A stretch of 34,883 bases of DNA, taken from positions 1 through 34,883 of the forward strand of contig JBGSUI010000028.1 of the NCBI GenBank assembly GCA_041736175.1, given 5' to 3'. Both the position numbers and the translations under genes were made by a program. The notes beneath the pieces were generated by a model that was not told where the DNA came from, made no database searches, and worked only from the letters and a program-made list of their open reading frames with translations. Shown here one piece after another: positions 6,766-14,682 of the stretch. Source of the stretch: Oligoflexales bacterium (GTDB lineage: Bacteria; Bdellovibrionota_B; Oligoflexia; Oligoflexales; CAIYRB01). Each line of letters opens with the position of its first letter. The first letter of the stretch is position 1.

Positions 6766-9276
6766 TTAGGACACCTTTTTGATGATCAAGGGACTTTTAG
6801 GAGTTTTTGGAGTCTGTGGTGGAGAATCTTGCAAATCCCCGCCGCGGTGGGTTTTGATCTCACCAATCTGCTTAAGTGAGGCATAGACTAAGTTGTGGGT
6901 TTGAATGATCTCCGCAGTCTTAAACCAAAGTTTATCTAGATCTGAGGCTGCTTCGGGGTGCAGCCCTTCGTGGGCAGCTCGGTTGCGCATATCCTGGAAG
7001 GTATGCAGGCTGTTACAGAATTCAAAGAGCTTTTGGTCGTCAGGAAATCCCGTCTCAATCAGCTGTGCCAATCCATAAGTGCAGTGTTTTCGCCCGAAAC
7101 ATAAAAAGAACAGAGCAAATGCCTTAACTCCATCGAGGGTAAAGCGGCGTCCAGGTCGAAAGAGGCAGATCGCTCGCAGCATCTTCCGCAGTTTATATTT
7201 GCTGAAAAACTGGATCTCACTGATCGTAGGTAGACTGGCGATATAGTTTTCAAACTGATCCATGTTAGCGGGAATTGGACGGGCATAGCCAATAATATCG
7301 AGTTTACGTTGGAGGTTACCCCTGTTGATGACCTTTGAACAGTAGTCCTCAAAGGATTCGCGAAACAGGAGTTCGAGAGCCTTATACTGCATGTCGATCA
7401 CCGGAGAGAGATCGATCATCCCGGAAGCACCCCTTTGATCTACCTGGCGGTGGAAAAAAAGCGACGTCCGGAGGGACCGCTTCACCTCGCTCGAGAGATC
7501 CCGGTAACCTTGGATCATCCCTGAAAGGGTTTGGTCAAAGGTTTGATCCCACTGACCCTGCTCTCCTTCCCCTCCTTTTCCCCCGTCATTGGGGGGCAAA
7601 CGGGATGAGCCACCTACAGTACTTGACACCGCTACGGGGACCTCAAGGGTCGTGGCTAACAGCTCGCGCACTTCGGCTCCTTCTGCATCCACGGGGACTC
7701 CGAAATCCGAAAACGCACTGCGCAGATGGGGCTGGACCTGACTCAGATCATGAAGTTTAAGCTGGGCGAGAGCCTCTAACTGGAGACTTCGCGTCATATT
7801 GGGCCTGGTGAGAGCTGCGATCAGTTCTTGGAGGGACCTGGGTGTGTCGATGCCCGAGAGAGCCCCCATGGCTGCCTTCAGCTCTTCTTCCTGATCACTC
7901 CTGACAAAATCCAAAACCTTTAGAGCAGCTTGATCGATCCCCTTGCAGCGTCCGAGCGTATTCAGATAACAGATATTGTAAATACCACCTTTTCTGCGGA
8001 CTTTTATGGCCAGGTCTTGGATTAGACCTTCGGACGGCTGCAACCATAGGTGAGTCAGATCGGTCCAAAAGGTAGGAGCCGTGGGCAGGGATGGACTTGG
8101 TGTATGATCGGTTCCCGCTTCGAAACCACGGTAGGCTAAATCAAAAAACAGTTTACGATCTCGATCCATCCCGGTATCAACCCGTTTTTTGATCCCCTGG
8201 CTCGGCTCGCGGGCCTCGTCCGTGGGATTTGCAGCTTCTGGCCTAAAATTCCACGGCACCAAGGCACTGAGCATGGGGTCTTGAAAAACCCCCAAAGTGC
8301 CAAGGTGGTCTCTTAGAGGCCCTTCAGTGCTGGGATCTAAGAGGCCATGGACCATCGACAAGGCCGTGGTGGCCGCGAGAGGTTGATCGAGTTCTAGGAG
8401 TGCATCTCGCAGCTGCCCCGACGGGATTCCCGCAAACTGTTCCCAAGGGGGTCCTTCCTGCTGGTTTTTAGGTGAGGTCGTTCCCAGGTGTTTAGGTGAC
8501 ACCGACGAAAAATAAAGCTCTGAGCAGGATTTGAGTCCTTGGAGCACTTGGGCTTTGGTGATTCCTGGTCGCTGCCAAAGGAGCGGCCACCCCTCGCCTG
8601 TCACCGCTAAACTCGATAGGACGGCTCCTATCACGGGGCGATAGGCTTCGTGACATTGGGTGGAACGAAAGATCTCCTGAAGAAACAACGGTTCAGACCA
8701 CGCCAGATAACCGACGGCTGGGGCGGTCCCTCGATGCTCGGAGCCAAAGTAACTCCCTTGGTCTGTGATCGACCTGTGAGCCATCTCTTTAAGGAGAGGA
8801 TGCTCCAACTGCCATTGGGTAGCCCTCAGAAGGAGCAGGCCATGGACCGCATGGGACATCTCAAGGAGCCCCTCGGCTTCGAGAGCGGCTTTGATCACAC
8901 GGGCACCACCGGTTTCAAAACACCGATCGATGATGGTGTAAAAAACCCTTTGGGACAGGGAGGGAGTCCCGAGGATTCCCGGCCATTGATGGGCCTTTCG
9001 GCGCTGGGTTTTCGCGCACCATTGGCGAATGGCGACGACCCCAATATCCTGGGGCCATTGGGTGACACCCTTCAATAAAAAGTTTTCAAGATCTTGGGAA
9101 TTTTCTGACCGGGTGGCTTCTACCAGGAGAGATTTTTCTAGGATCCCAAGATCAAGGAGCAGGAGATCTTCGACCAGTTCGATCGGCATGGGAGTCCCAA
9201 GTTTTATAAACTCTTTAAGGAGAGTGATCCGGGCAAGGCGAGACTGCGTCTCTAGATATTTGTTTACATGGTCCAC
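6766..9276 (-). CDS. Large helical (HEAT-like) protein with a C-terminal HEPN-like RxxxxH motif
   Basis: 836-aa ORF with HEAT-like segments (EELKAAMGALSGID, LQLEALAQL) and C-terminal FQDMRNRAAHEG. Confidence 0.6.
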   Translation of the reverse strand: MDHVNKYLETQSRLARITLLKEFIKLGTPMPIELVEDLLLLDLGILEKSLLVEATRSENSQDLENFLLKGVTQWPQDIGVVAIRQWCAKTQRRKAHQWPGILGTPSLSQRVFYTIIDRCFETGGARVIKAALEAEGLLEMSHAVHGLLLLRATQWQLEHPLLKEMAHRSITDQGSYFGSEHRGTAPAVGYLAWSEPLFLQEIFRSTQCHEAYRPVIGAVLSSLAVTGEGWPLLWQRPGITKAQVLQGLKSCSELYFSSVSPKHLGTTSPKNQQEGPPWEQFAGIPSGQLRDALLELDQPLAATTALSMVHGLLDPSTEGPLRDHLGTLGVFQDPMLSALVPWNFRPEAANPTDEAREPSQGIKKRVDTGMDRDRKLFFDLAYRGFEAGTDHTPSPSLPTAPTFWTDLTHLWLQPSEGLIQDLAIKVRRKGGIYNICYLNTLGRCKGIDQAALKVLDFVRSDQEEELKAAMGALSGIDTPRSLQELIAALTRPNMTRSLQLEALAQLKLHDLSQVQPHLRSAFSDFGVPVDAEGAEVRELLATTLEVPVAVSSTVGGSSRLPPNDGGKGGEGEQGQWDQTFDQTLSGMIQGYRDLSSEVKRSLRTSLFFHRQVDQRGASGMIDLSPVIDMQYKALELLFRESFEDYCSKVINRGNLQRKLDIIGYARPIPANMDQFENYIASLPTISEIQFFSKYKLRKMLRAICLFRPGRRFTLDGVKAFALFFLCFGRKHCTYGLAQLIETGFPDDQKLFEFCNSLHTFQDMRNRAAHEGLHPEAASDLDKLWFKTAEIIQTHNLVYASLKQIGEIKTHRGGDLQDSPPQTPKTPKSPLIIKKVS

Positions 9277-9541
9277 GGTGATAATACCTTATGCAAAGCA
9301 GCCTGTTTTCAACGCCATTATTGGTTTCGGACAAAAGGCGAGCCCACCTTAACAGGATTGGACAATGAATTTTTTAAGAATACGATATTAATGACTCATT
9401 TAGGAAATCTCTGAAGAGTTACCTATTTCACTGAAGATGAATTCAGGACTATTCGTTTCGACGTCGAGCTGCTCGACCAGGAAGAATCTTCCTGTTTATC
9501 TATCGCAAGTTCCACCGACAACCCTAGAGAGGGGGGCCTTG

Positions 9542-10513
9542 ATGAATCCGTTATACTTGTTACTTTGTTTAGCCTTCCCAACCCTATCACCGGCGCGGAC
9601 GCCCACTCCTACAGGTGGCCGCATCATCCCTGTCTACCTCCCCCGCCCCGCGGAGGTCCAAAGCCTTGATATCTTTTCAAGGGGGGCCCTCGGGGTTTTA
9701 AAGACGGATCAGGGTATCACCGTGCTCCCGAGAGGCACGGTTTTTGGCACCGTCACCGGATTTAACCCCGCCGGTAAAACTAGGGACCAAGTCTTTGGCC
9801 CCATGGTGCAATTTCAAAAGCCGACCCTTATGACTGATAACGACAAAGACCACTGGACCAACCTTATGCTGGTGGACCAAAAATTCATGGCCTTTGACAG
9901 CATGTTTTTTGCGTGGGTGGTCATGGACGAAAAATATAAACAGTTGTTTCGCCGATCGGTTCCCAGGGACCTGATTCTACCGCCCCGGGACCGGGGAGGT
10001 GAGGCCACTAAACCAGAGACCCAAAGCCTCCGCCAGCGGTTTAGCCAAGCCTGGAAGCAGACTCCTTCTCTTAAGGCTGCCGGTATCTCCACCGCTTTCC
10101 GCAAAATCGTAGGGTCTTCGTCATCGATGCAGCCCTATTTTGTGGCCCTAAAGCTCCCAACGTTTCCTCTGGCCCTGATGGAATGCCAAAAATCAGAGCC
10201 CTCCCAATGCTCGCTGACCCGCCAGTGCTATCTAGAGGGAACTTCCATACCAGCAGACGCGCGGGCGGGTATCGCCATCAGCGAAAAGCGGGGTCTGATC
10301 ATCTTGGGCCATAGCCACGAGGGCAGCCTTCTCGGCTATACCTTTCAAAGCTGCTTTCACAGCTTTCATAGCCATACCTGGGTCCTTCCCAAACCCCTTA
10401 AGCCCATCACCAACCTGATGATCGACGACGAAGAACGGCTCTGGGTGACGACCCAAGAGCCCGATGACTATCTCAATGCCTCGGTCTACTACTGGCCAAG
10501 GGATCAATGGTAG
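9542..10513 (+). CDS. Secreted hypothetical protein
   Basis: Likely start MNPLYLLLCLAFPTLSPA (signal peptide) at 9542 after a purine-rich RBS; beta-rich C-terminus. Confidence 0.65.
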   Translation: MNPLYLLLCLAFPTLSPARTPTPTGGRIIPVYLPRPAEVQSLDIFSRGALGVLKTDQGITVLPRGTVFGTVTGFNPAGKTRDQVFGPMVQFQKPTLMTDNDKDHWTNLMLVDQKFMAFDSMFFAWVVMDEKYKQLFRRSVPRDLILPPRDRGGEATKPETQSLRQRFSQAWKQTPSLKAAGISTAFRKIVGSSSSMQPYFVALKLPTFPLALMECQKSEPSQCSLTRQCYLEGTSIPADARAGIAISEKRGLIILGHSHEGSLLGYTFQSCFHSFHSHTWVLPKPLKPITNLMIDDEERLWVTTQEPDDYLNASVYYWPRDQW

Positions 10514-10533
10514 TTTAAACTCGTCGCATCCCA
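10351..10533 (+). repeat. Direct repeat A, copy 1 (intact 3' end of the 9542-10513 gene plus about 20 bp downstream)
   Basis: Aligns with 11577-11772. Confidence 0.95.
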
Positions 10534-10539
10534 GTAGGA

Positions 10540-11307
10540 TTAATTGACGGGACCAAGTTTAATGTGGCCGCAATTACCTTTGCACTCAATCGCATACTGG
10601 GCTTGACCGGAAGTGTTGTTTGGGTTGCCGAGTTGTTGTTTGATGCCGTAGAGAGAGACGTCGAGATTAGGTTTCGTACAATGGGCTTGGTTGCCTTGAA
10701 CAGCATGGTAGGAAGGACAGACATCTGTAACTAAATAGCGAAATACTTTACCGTTAAGGTTCATCCTAATCACGTCGCCGCAATTAGCTCCGATTTGGGG
10801 GGAAACGCCTACATAATATTTGTAGTAATCGGGCTGTCCAGGTCCGTAAAGATCTTTGAATGCCATAGTGTCAGGAGCACGGTATTGAGTGCAGTGAAAG
10901 GTGTGTGGACCCCAGGCCGGGATCTTCGTGAGCATTGCCATAGGGAATTGGATCGATTTATTGATCTGATATTCCTTTGAGACTTTACCTAATTCAAAAT
11001 CGCCACCGCTACAAAAACTACTGAATGGATCACAGTTTCCTCCATATGGAAAATAAGTCGTATCAGTAGGTCTCCAACCAGCACCAAGAGAAGCGTCAGC
11101 GCCGTTGATAGCGTCAGCGCCGTTGATAGCGTCCGCTTCGTTGATAGCGTCAGCGCCATTGATAGCGTCAGCGCCATTGATAGCGTCCGCTTCGTTTGTG
11201 ATGGAATCATTGGACACTGGAGCAGATTTGCAATTGGTAATCGCTACAGTGAGGGCTGCACCTAAAAAGGTAGAGGTCAGAATAAGCAATCGTTTTTTGA
11301 TAATCAT
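10540..11307 (-). CDS. Lipoprotein with a C-terminal expansin/RlpA-like double-psi beta-barrel (DPBB) domain
   Basis: Lipobox-like ITNC, a low-complexity linker, and NCGDVIRM...LVTDVCPS...PNLDVS matching the DPBB CG..I...V.D.CP...LDLS pattern. Confidence 0.7.
   Translation of the reverse strand: MIIKKRLLILTSTFLGAALTVAITNCKSAPVSNDSITNEADAINGADAINGADAINEADAINGADAINGADASLGAGWRPTDTTYFPYGGNCDPFSSFCSGGDFELGKVSKEYQINKSIQFPMAMLTKIPAWGPHTFHCTQYRAPDTMAFKDLYGPGQPDYYKYYVGVSPQIGANCGDVIRMNLNGKVFRYLVTDVCPSYHAVQGNQAHCTKPNLDVSLYGIKQQLGNPNNTSGQAQYAIECKGNCGHIKLGPVN
11092..11196 (-). repeat. 18-bp coding tandem repeat (about 6 units, N[EG]ADAI)
   Basis: Units of the form GCGTCAGCGCCGTTGATA on the + strand, arranged as a higher-order (EADAIN-GADAIN-GADAIN) duplication. 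Confidence 0.95.
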
Positions 11308-11359
11308 TTAGATTCTCCATGAGGTTAAAAAAGTTTCTTTGATTGATAGAGTTGGATGC

Positions 11360-11375
11360 TGCAAGAAATGCACCG
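11360..11375 (-). promoter_or_regulatory. Putative sigma54 (-24/-12) promoter of the DPBB lipoprotein gene
   Basis: Minus strand CGGTGCATTTCTTGCA, GG-N10-GC with TTGC, about 50 bp upstream of the start. Confidence 0.55.
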
Positions 11376-11576
11376 TTACTTGTTGGGCAAAACGCTGAAG
11401 AGCAGGTCGGGATCTTTTTCATTTTTTTATTTTATGGTAAGAACCAGTAAATTCTGAGTATTTTTATGTTCCACTTATTTAAGCGATTTTTTTGGTTAGG
11501 TGGATTTTTCATGTCCCATTCCCCAGAATATCGACATGGAATGTGGGTAAAGGTTAGTCACCGTCAAAAGTTCAGT

Positions 11577-11772
11577 CTGCTTTTACAGCTTTCATCGCCT
11601 TACCTGGGTCCTTCCCAAACCCCTTAAGACCATCACCTACCTGATGATCGACGACCAGGAGCGACGACGAAGAGCGACTTTGGGTGACGACCCAGGAGCC
11701 CGATGACTATCTCAATGCCTCGGTCTATGACTGGCCAAGGGATCAATGGTAGTTTAAACTCGTCAGATCCCA
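11577..11772 (+). repeat. Direct repeat A, copy 2 (decayed duplicate of the 3' end of the 9542-10513 gene)
   Basis: Same sequence as 10351-10533 with about a dozen substitutions and a 13-bp frameshifting insertion; retains the TAG stop and GTTTAAACTCGTC. Confidence 0.95.
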
Positions 11773-11791
11773 TGACCAAAGGAGCTTTCTG

Positions 11792-12223
11792 ATGGAAGAT
11801 CTTAAGAAATTCATTGTCGACCTTATCCACGAAGAGTTTGGCCCCAGCCCCACCCCGATCGCTGCAAAATGGGAGCAGGGCACCTTAATCCTCAAACCTT
11901 CGGGGGACCAACAGGCTAAAGAAATCCCTCTGGAAGTTTTTTTTAAGAAAATTGTCTCCATTCGGGACAACTTAAGGGTGCTAGAACAAAAAATAAACCA
12001 TACAGAATCGATACCGATGGCAGATCGACTGAGCCTCCAAGCCTATATCACCAAATGTTACGGGACTCTGACGACCCTCAATATTCTATTTAAAAATGAG
12101 AAAGATAAATTTATTGGCTTTAGTCAAAACAAACCCGAAGGCTCTACCAGTCATGGGCTCCCCGAGAACCTAACGATGGGCCAAGCACGAAAGCGCTTAG
12201 GACTCCGAGAACATGGGGAATGA
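11792..12223 (+). CDS. Hypothetical protein
   Basis: 143 aa, RBS AAGGAG; contains FFKKIVSIRDNLRVLEQKIN...LQAYITKCYGTLTTLNILF. Confidence 0.75.
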   Translation: MEDLKKFIVDLIHEEFGPSPTPIAAKWEQGTLILKPSGDQQAKEIPLEVFFKKIVSIRDNLRVLEQKINHTESIPMADRLSLQAYITKCYGTLTTLNILFKNEKDKFIGFSQNKPEGSTSHGLPENLTMGQARKRLGLREHGE

Positions 12224-12251
12224 TCGACTCCTCTTGATGGGGTGGTTTTGG

Positions 12252-12938
12252 TTAAAAATTAAAGCTGATGGCCAATTCGCACCGCTTACGGTTCAGCTCC
12301 ACACCGAAGGCCGCAAAACCCATTTGGTTAGCCATAGCTAGGACGGCACCCTGGCCACAGAAAGGATCGACCACCGTGGTCGTCACCGTCTCTTGGTAGA
12401 GAAACCGGCATGCTTCGCGGCACGCATACTCCCCCATCCCTCGCCGCCAGTTGGTGGGGCCAGCATCCACTAGGACATCCGGTCCTGGACGCACCGGAGC
12501 CGGACGCACCGGAGCCGGATGCACCTCACGGACCAAACAAATCATATGTCCATAACTGGCCCGTCCGGGTGTGATCGTGCCTGGGAGTTTTCGGCAGACG
12601 ATCTTGTGCCACAAGGGCGCATACCCCATCCCGGCAGCAGCCTCCTGGATCCAAAAACCCTTAGGCACCCAGAGTCCCTGGTGGCGGATATCGCTTTGGT
12701 AAAAAATACAGGTTCCGTCCATGGGGATCCAAGCGAGGACAGCTTGGGCGGCCTGTTTAAACCAAGTTTTCCAGCCCTCAAAGCCCATAGCTGGCACTTC
12801 GGAAAGGTCCGGTAAAGAGGTGATCACGCTCATGCCTGGCATAGCAGGATGGTCCGCAAGCCACGCCAGAGCCTCGGTGTGAAAGACCTCACGTCGTGGG
12901 GGTCTGTGGAGGGCTTGGCCCTGGGGAAATCGTTGCAT
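12252..12938 (-). CDS. SAM-dependent methyltransferase resembling beta-class N4/N6 DNA methyltransferases
   Basis: N-terminal ITSLPD (position of motif IV) and C-terminal VVDPFCGQG...GVELN (motif I). Confidence 0.7.
   Translation of the reverse strand: MQRFPQGQALHRPPRREVFHTEALAWLADHPAMPGMSVITSLPDLSEVPAMGFEGWKTWFKQAAQAVLAWIPMDGTCIFYQSDIRHQGLWVPKGFWIQEAAAGMGYAPLWHKIVCRKLPGTITPGRASYGHMICLVREVHPAPVRPAPVRPGPDVLVDAGPTNWRRGMGEYACREACRFLYQETVTTTVVDPFCGQGAVLAMANQMGFAAFGVELNRKRCELAISFNF
12487..12525. repeat. 15-bp in-frame tandem repeat (PAPVR) in the methyltransferase
   Basis: GGACGCACCGGAGCC x2 plus a partial GGATGCACC. Confidence 0.9.
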
Positions 12939-12964
12939 CGTAGGTCCTTACAGGTCGGTATAAA

Positions 12965-14488
12965 CTAATTTTTAAGCACACTTGTGAGAGGCGGTTTCGT
13001 GGCGCGAGCCGCACCAGCAAAAGCCCGTGCCCTCACGACACATGCAGGAGCCCGTTGAGGGCGGAGTTGGGTGCATTTTTTAGTCCTAAACTCTTCCACC
13101 TGGGTCCAAAAGAAGGCCTGATTGTATTCGTAATATTGACGGGCCATATCCCGAATAGAGTATTGTGCGGGGACTTGGTCCCAGGACCGATTTTCCACCT
13201 TAAATCCAATCCGTTTCATCTGGTCTTTGTAGGCGACTGCCTGGTCCAGGTCTAAGTTGGGAAGACGAATACCACGAGCCTGCACTTTTTTGATTCCTCC
13301 CCAGGTGCTGCCGGTCGTTTTTTCAAATTGAAAGGGATAGATATCAGAGACATCGCGGATCACCAGGCGGGGTGGGACTTGGGGATCGAGGGGTATACCG
13401 ACCAAAAGATTTTGGCCATGGAAATCGATCGGCATATAGCCGTTTGCATGATGGATAGCGATGACCCTTGCTAAGGTTTGGTTGAGTTTATAAAGCATCG
13501 ACTCTAGTTGAGCCAATGGGATTTTTATAGCACGACTAAATCCATAGGGTATCAATTTTTGGTCGTCACACCCCTCTCCAGAGCGGGTTCGATCTTCTAA
13601 AAGGGCCAGGGGAATGTAGATTCTTTGTTTGTCGTGGAGCAGTCGACTGTAATCACGAAGGGCCACGCCATAGGGCATCGACTCCATGCCGCCACGATCA
13701 TTTTTTGTGGACAGGGTCATGGCCTTTGAGTCCACAAGGTAGGTGACCTCTAAATCTGCCATAAAGTCAGGAATCGTCGTGTTTTGGAGGATATCCTGGA
13801 GATCCGAAACATCTCGGGCCACATCTGTTAGTTTCGTGGGGGACTTTCGACCATTGATAAAGTCTGATCCTAGTTTGATGGTGGTTACTCGATTTGAGGG
13901 GAGATACCATAGGGATCTTGACATGGTGCCGATCGTTTTAGGAGGATTTGAGGGCCCACTCTGATCGGTGACCAATGGATAATTCTGGTCTATCAACCAT
14001 TGGATGAGGGGGTGTTGTGACTTGGTCGTCGGGTGGACCGGGATTTTTATGGTTTTTCCAGAGACAATCACCCCAAGTTCGCGGCCAATGCGTTGCAAAC
14101 CCTCAGGATCTGCCACGTCTGATAGGATACCGCCGTCGCCCTCGAGACCTTTGATTTGGAGGAGTTCCAAGGGGGCTTCCACATGGGGAAGCGTCAGGGG
14201 AATCAAACGTTTTGCATACTGTTTAGTCGAGGGCGACGCCAGATCGCCACCGCTCACGGCAGCACCTTCGGCGTTGATAAGGAGTTTCCGACGTTCGCAG
14301 TCGCCGAGCTGCGAAAGCCAGGAGATCCATTGTGGATCTCCAAAGGTTAAAAATTCTGGGAAAAGATTGTCATCAAGCTTGCATCCAAACTCGTCCAGGG
14401 CCATCACGGTACTTGTAGCCTCGGGAGCCTGAGATCGCACACAGCTCGTCACCAGGCCAAAAAGCAGCAAATAGTTTAGTAGTTTCAA
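12965..14488 (-). CDS. Lipoprotein with IucA/IucC (NIS synthetase)-like motifs
   Basis: Probable TTG start at 14488 (RBS AAGGGGG), signal LLNYLLLFGLVTSC. Motifs IPVHP, TMSRSLW, IKL, DFHGQNLLVG, RLVIRD. Confidence 0.6.
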   Translation of the reverse strand: MKLLNYLLLFGLVTSCVRSQAPEATSTVMALDEFGCKLDDNLFPEFLTFGDPQWISWLSQLGDCERRKLLINAEGAAVSGGDLASPSTKQYAKRLIPLTLPHVEAPLELLQIKGLEGDGGILSDVADPEGLQRIGRELGVIVSGKTIKIPVHPTTKSQHPLIQWLIDQNYPLVTDQSGPSNPPKTIGTMSRSLWYLPSNRVTTIKLGSDFINGRKSPTKLTDVARDVSDLQDILQNTTIPDFMADLEVTYLVDSKAMTLSTKNDRGGMESMPYGVALRDYSRLLHDKQRIYIPLALLEDRTRSGEGCDDQKLIPYGFSRAIKIPLAQLESMLYKLNQTLARVIAIHHANGYMPIDFHGQNLLVGIPLDPQVPPRLVIRDVSDIYPFQFEKTTGSTWGGIKKVQARGIRLPNLDLDQAVAYKDQMKRIGFKVENRSWDQVPAQYSIRDMARQYYEYNQAFFWTQVEEFRTKKCTQLRPQRAPACVVRARAFAGAARATKPPLTSVLKN

Positions 14489-14564
14489 GGACGCCCCCTT
14501 TTGATAAAATTTAAGACATCCAGGCACCAAAACTCGTCGTCTCGGATGGATGGTAAGTTTGCTC

Positions 14565-14580
14565 TGCAAACCTCATGCCA
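14565..14580 (-). promoter_or_regulatory. Putative sigma54 promoter of the IucA/IucC-like gene
   Basis: Minus strand TGGCATGAGGTTTGCA, GG-N10-GC. Confidence 0.65.
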
Positions 14581-14682
14581 TATTCTTAGGCGGGTTTAGT
14601 GACGATTTGGTATGGGGTAGATCAGTGGCAAAAGAGTTTACATTGGACAAATAGATAAACTCTTTATAATTATTAATCATCC

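Noticed and set aside
11092..11196. CRISPR array
   Set aside because: Contiguous 18-bp units with no unique spacers, in frame inside a CDS, and no cas genes.
10351..11772. Diversity-generating retroelement TR/VR pair (also considered for 25342-26887)
   Set aside because: Differences are not restricted to adenines in either copy, one copy has a 13-bp insertion, and no reverse transcriptase is present in the window.
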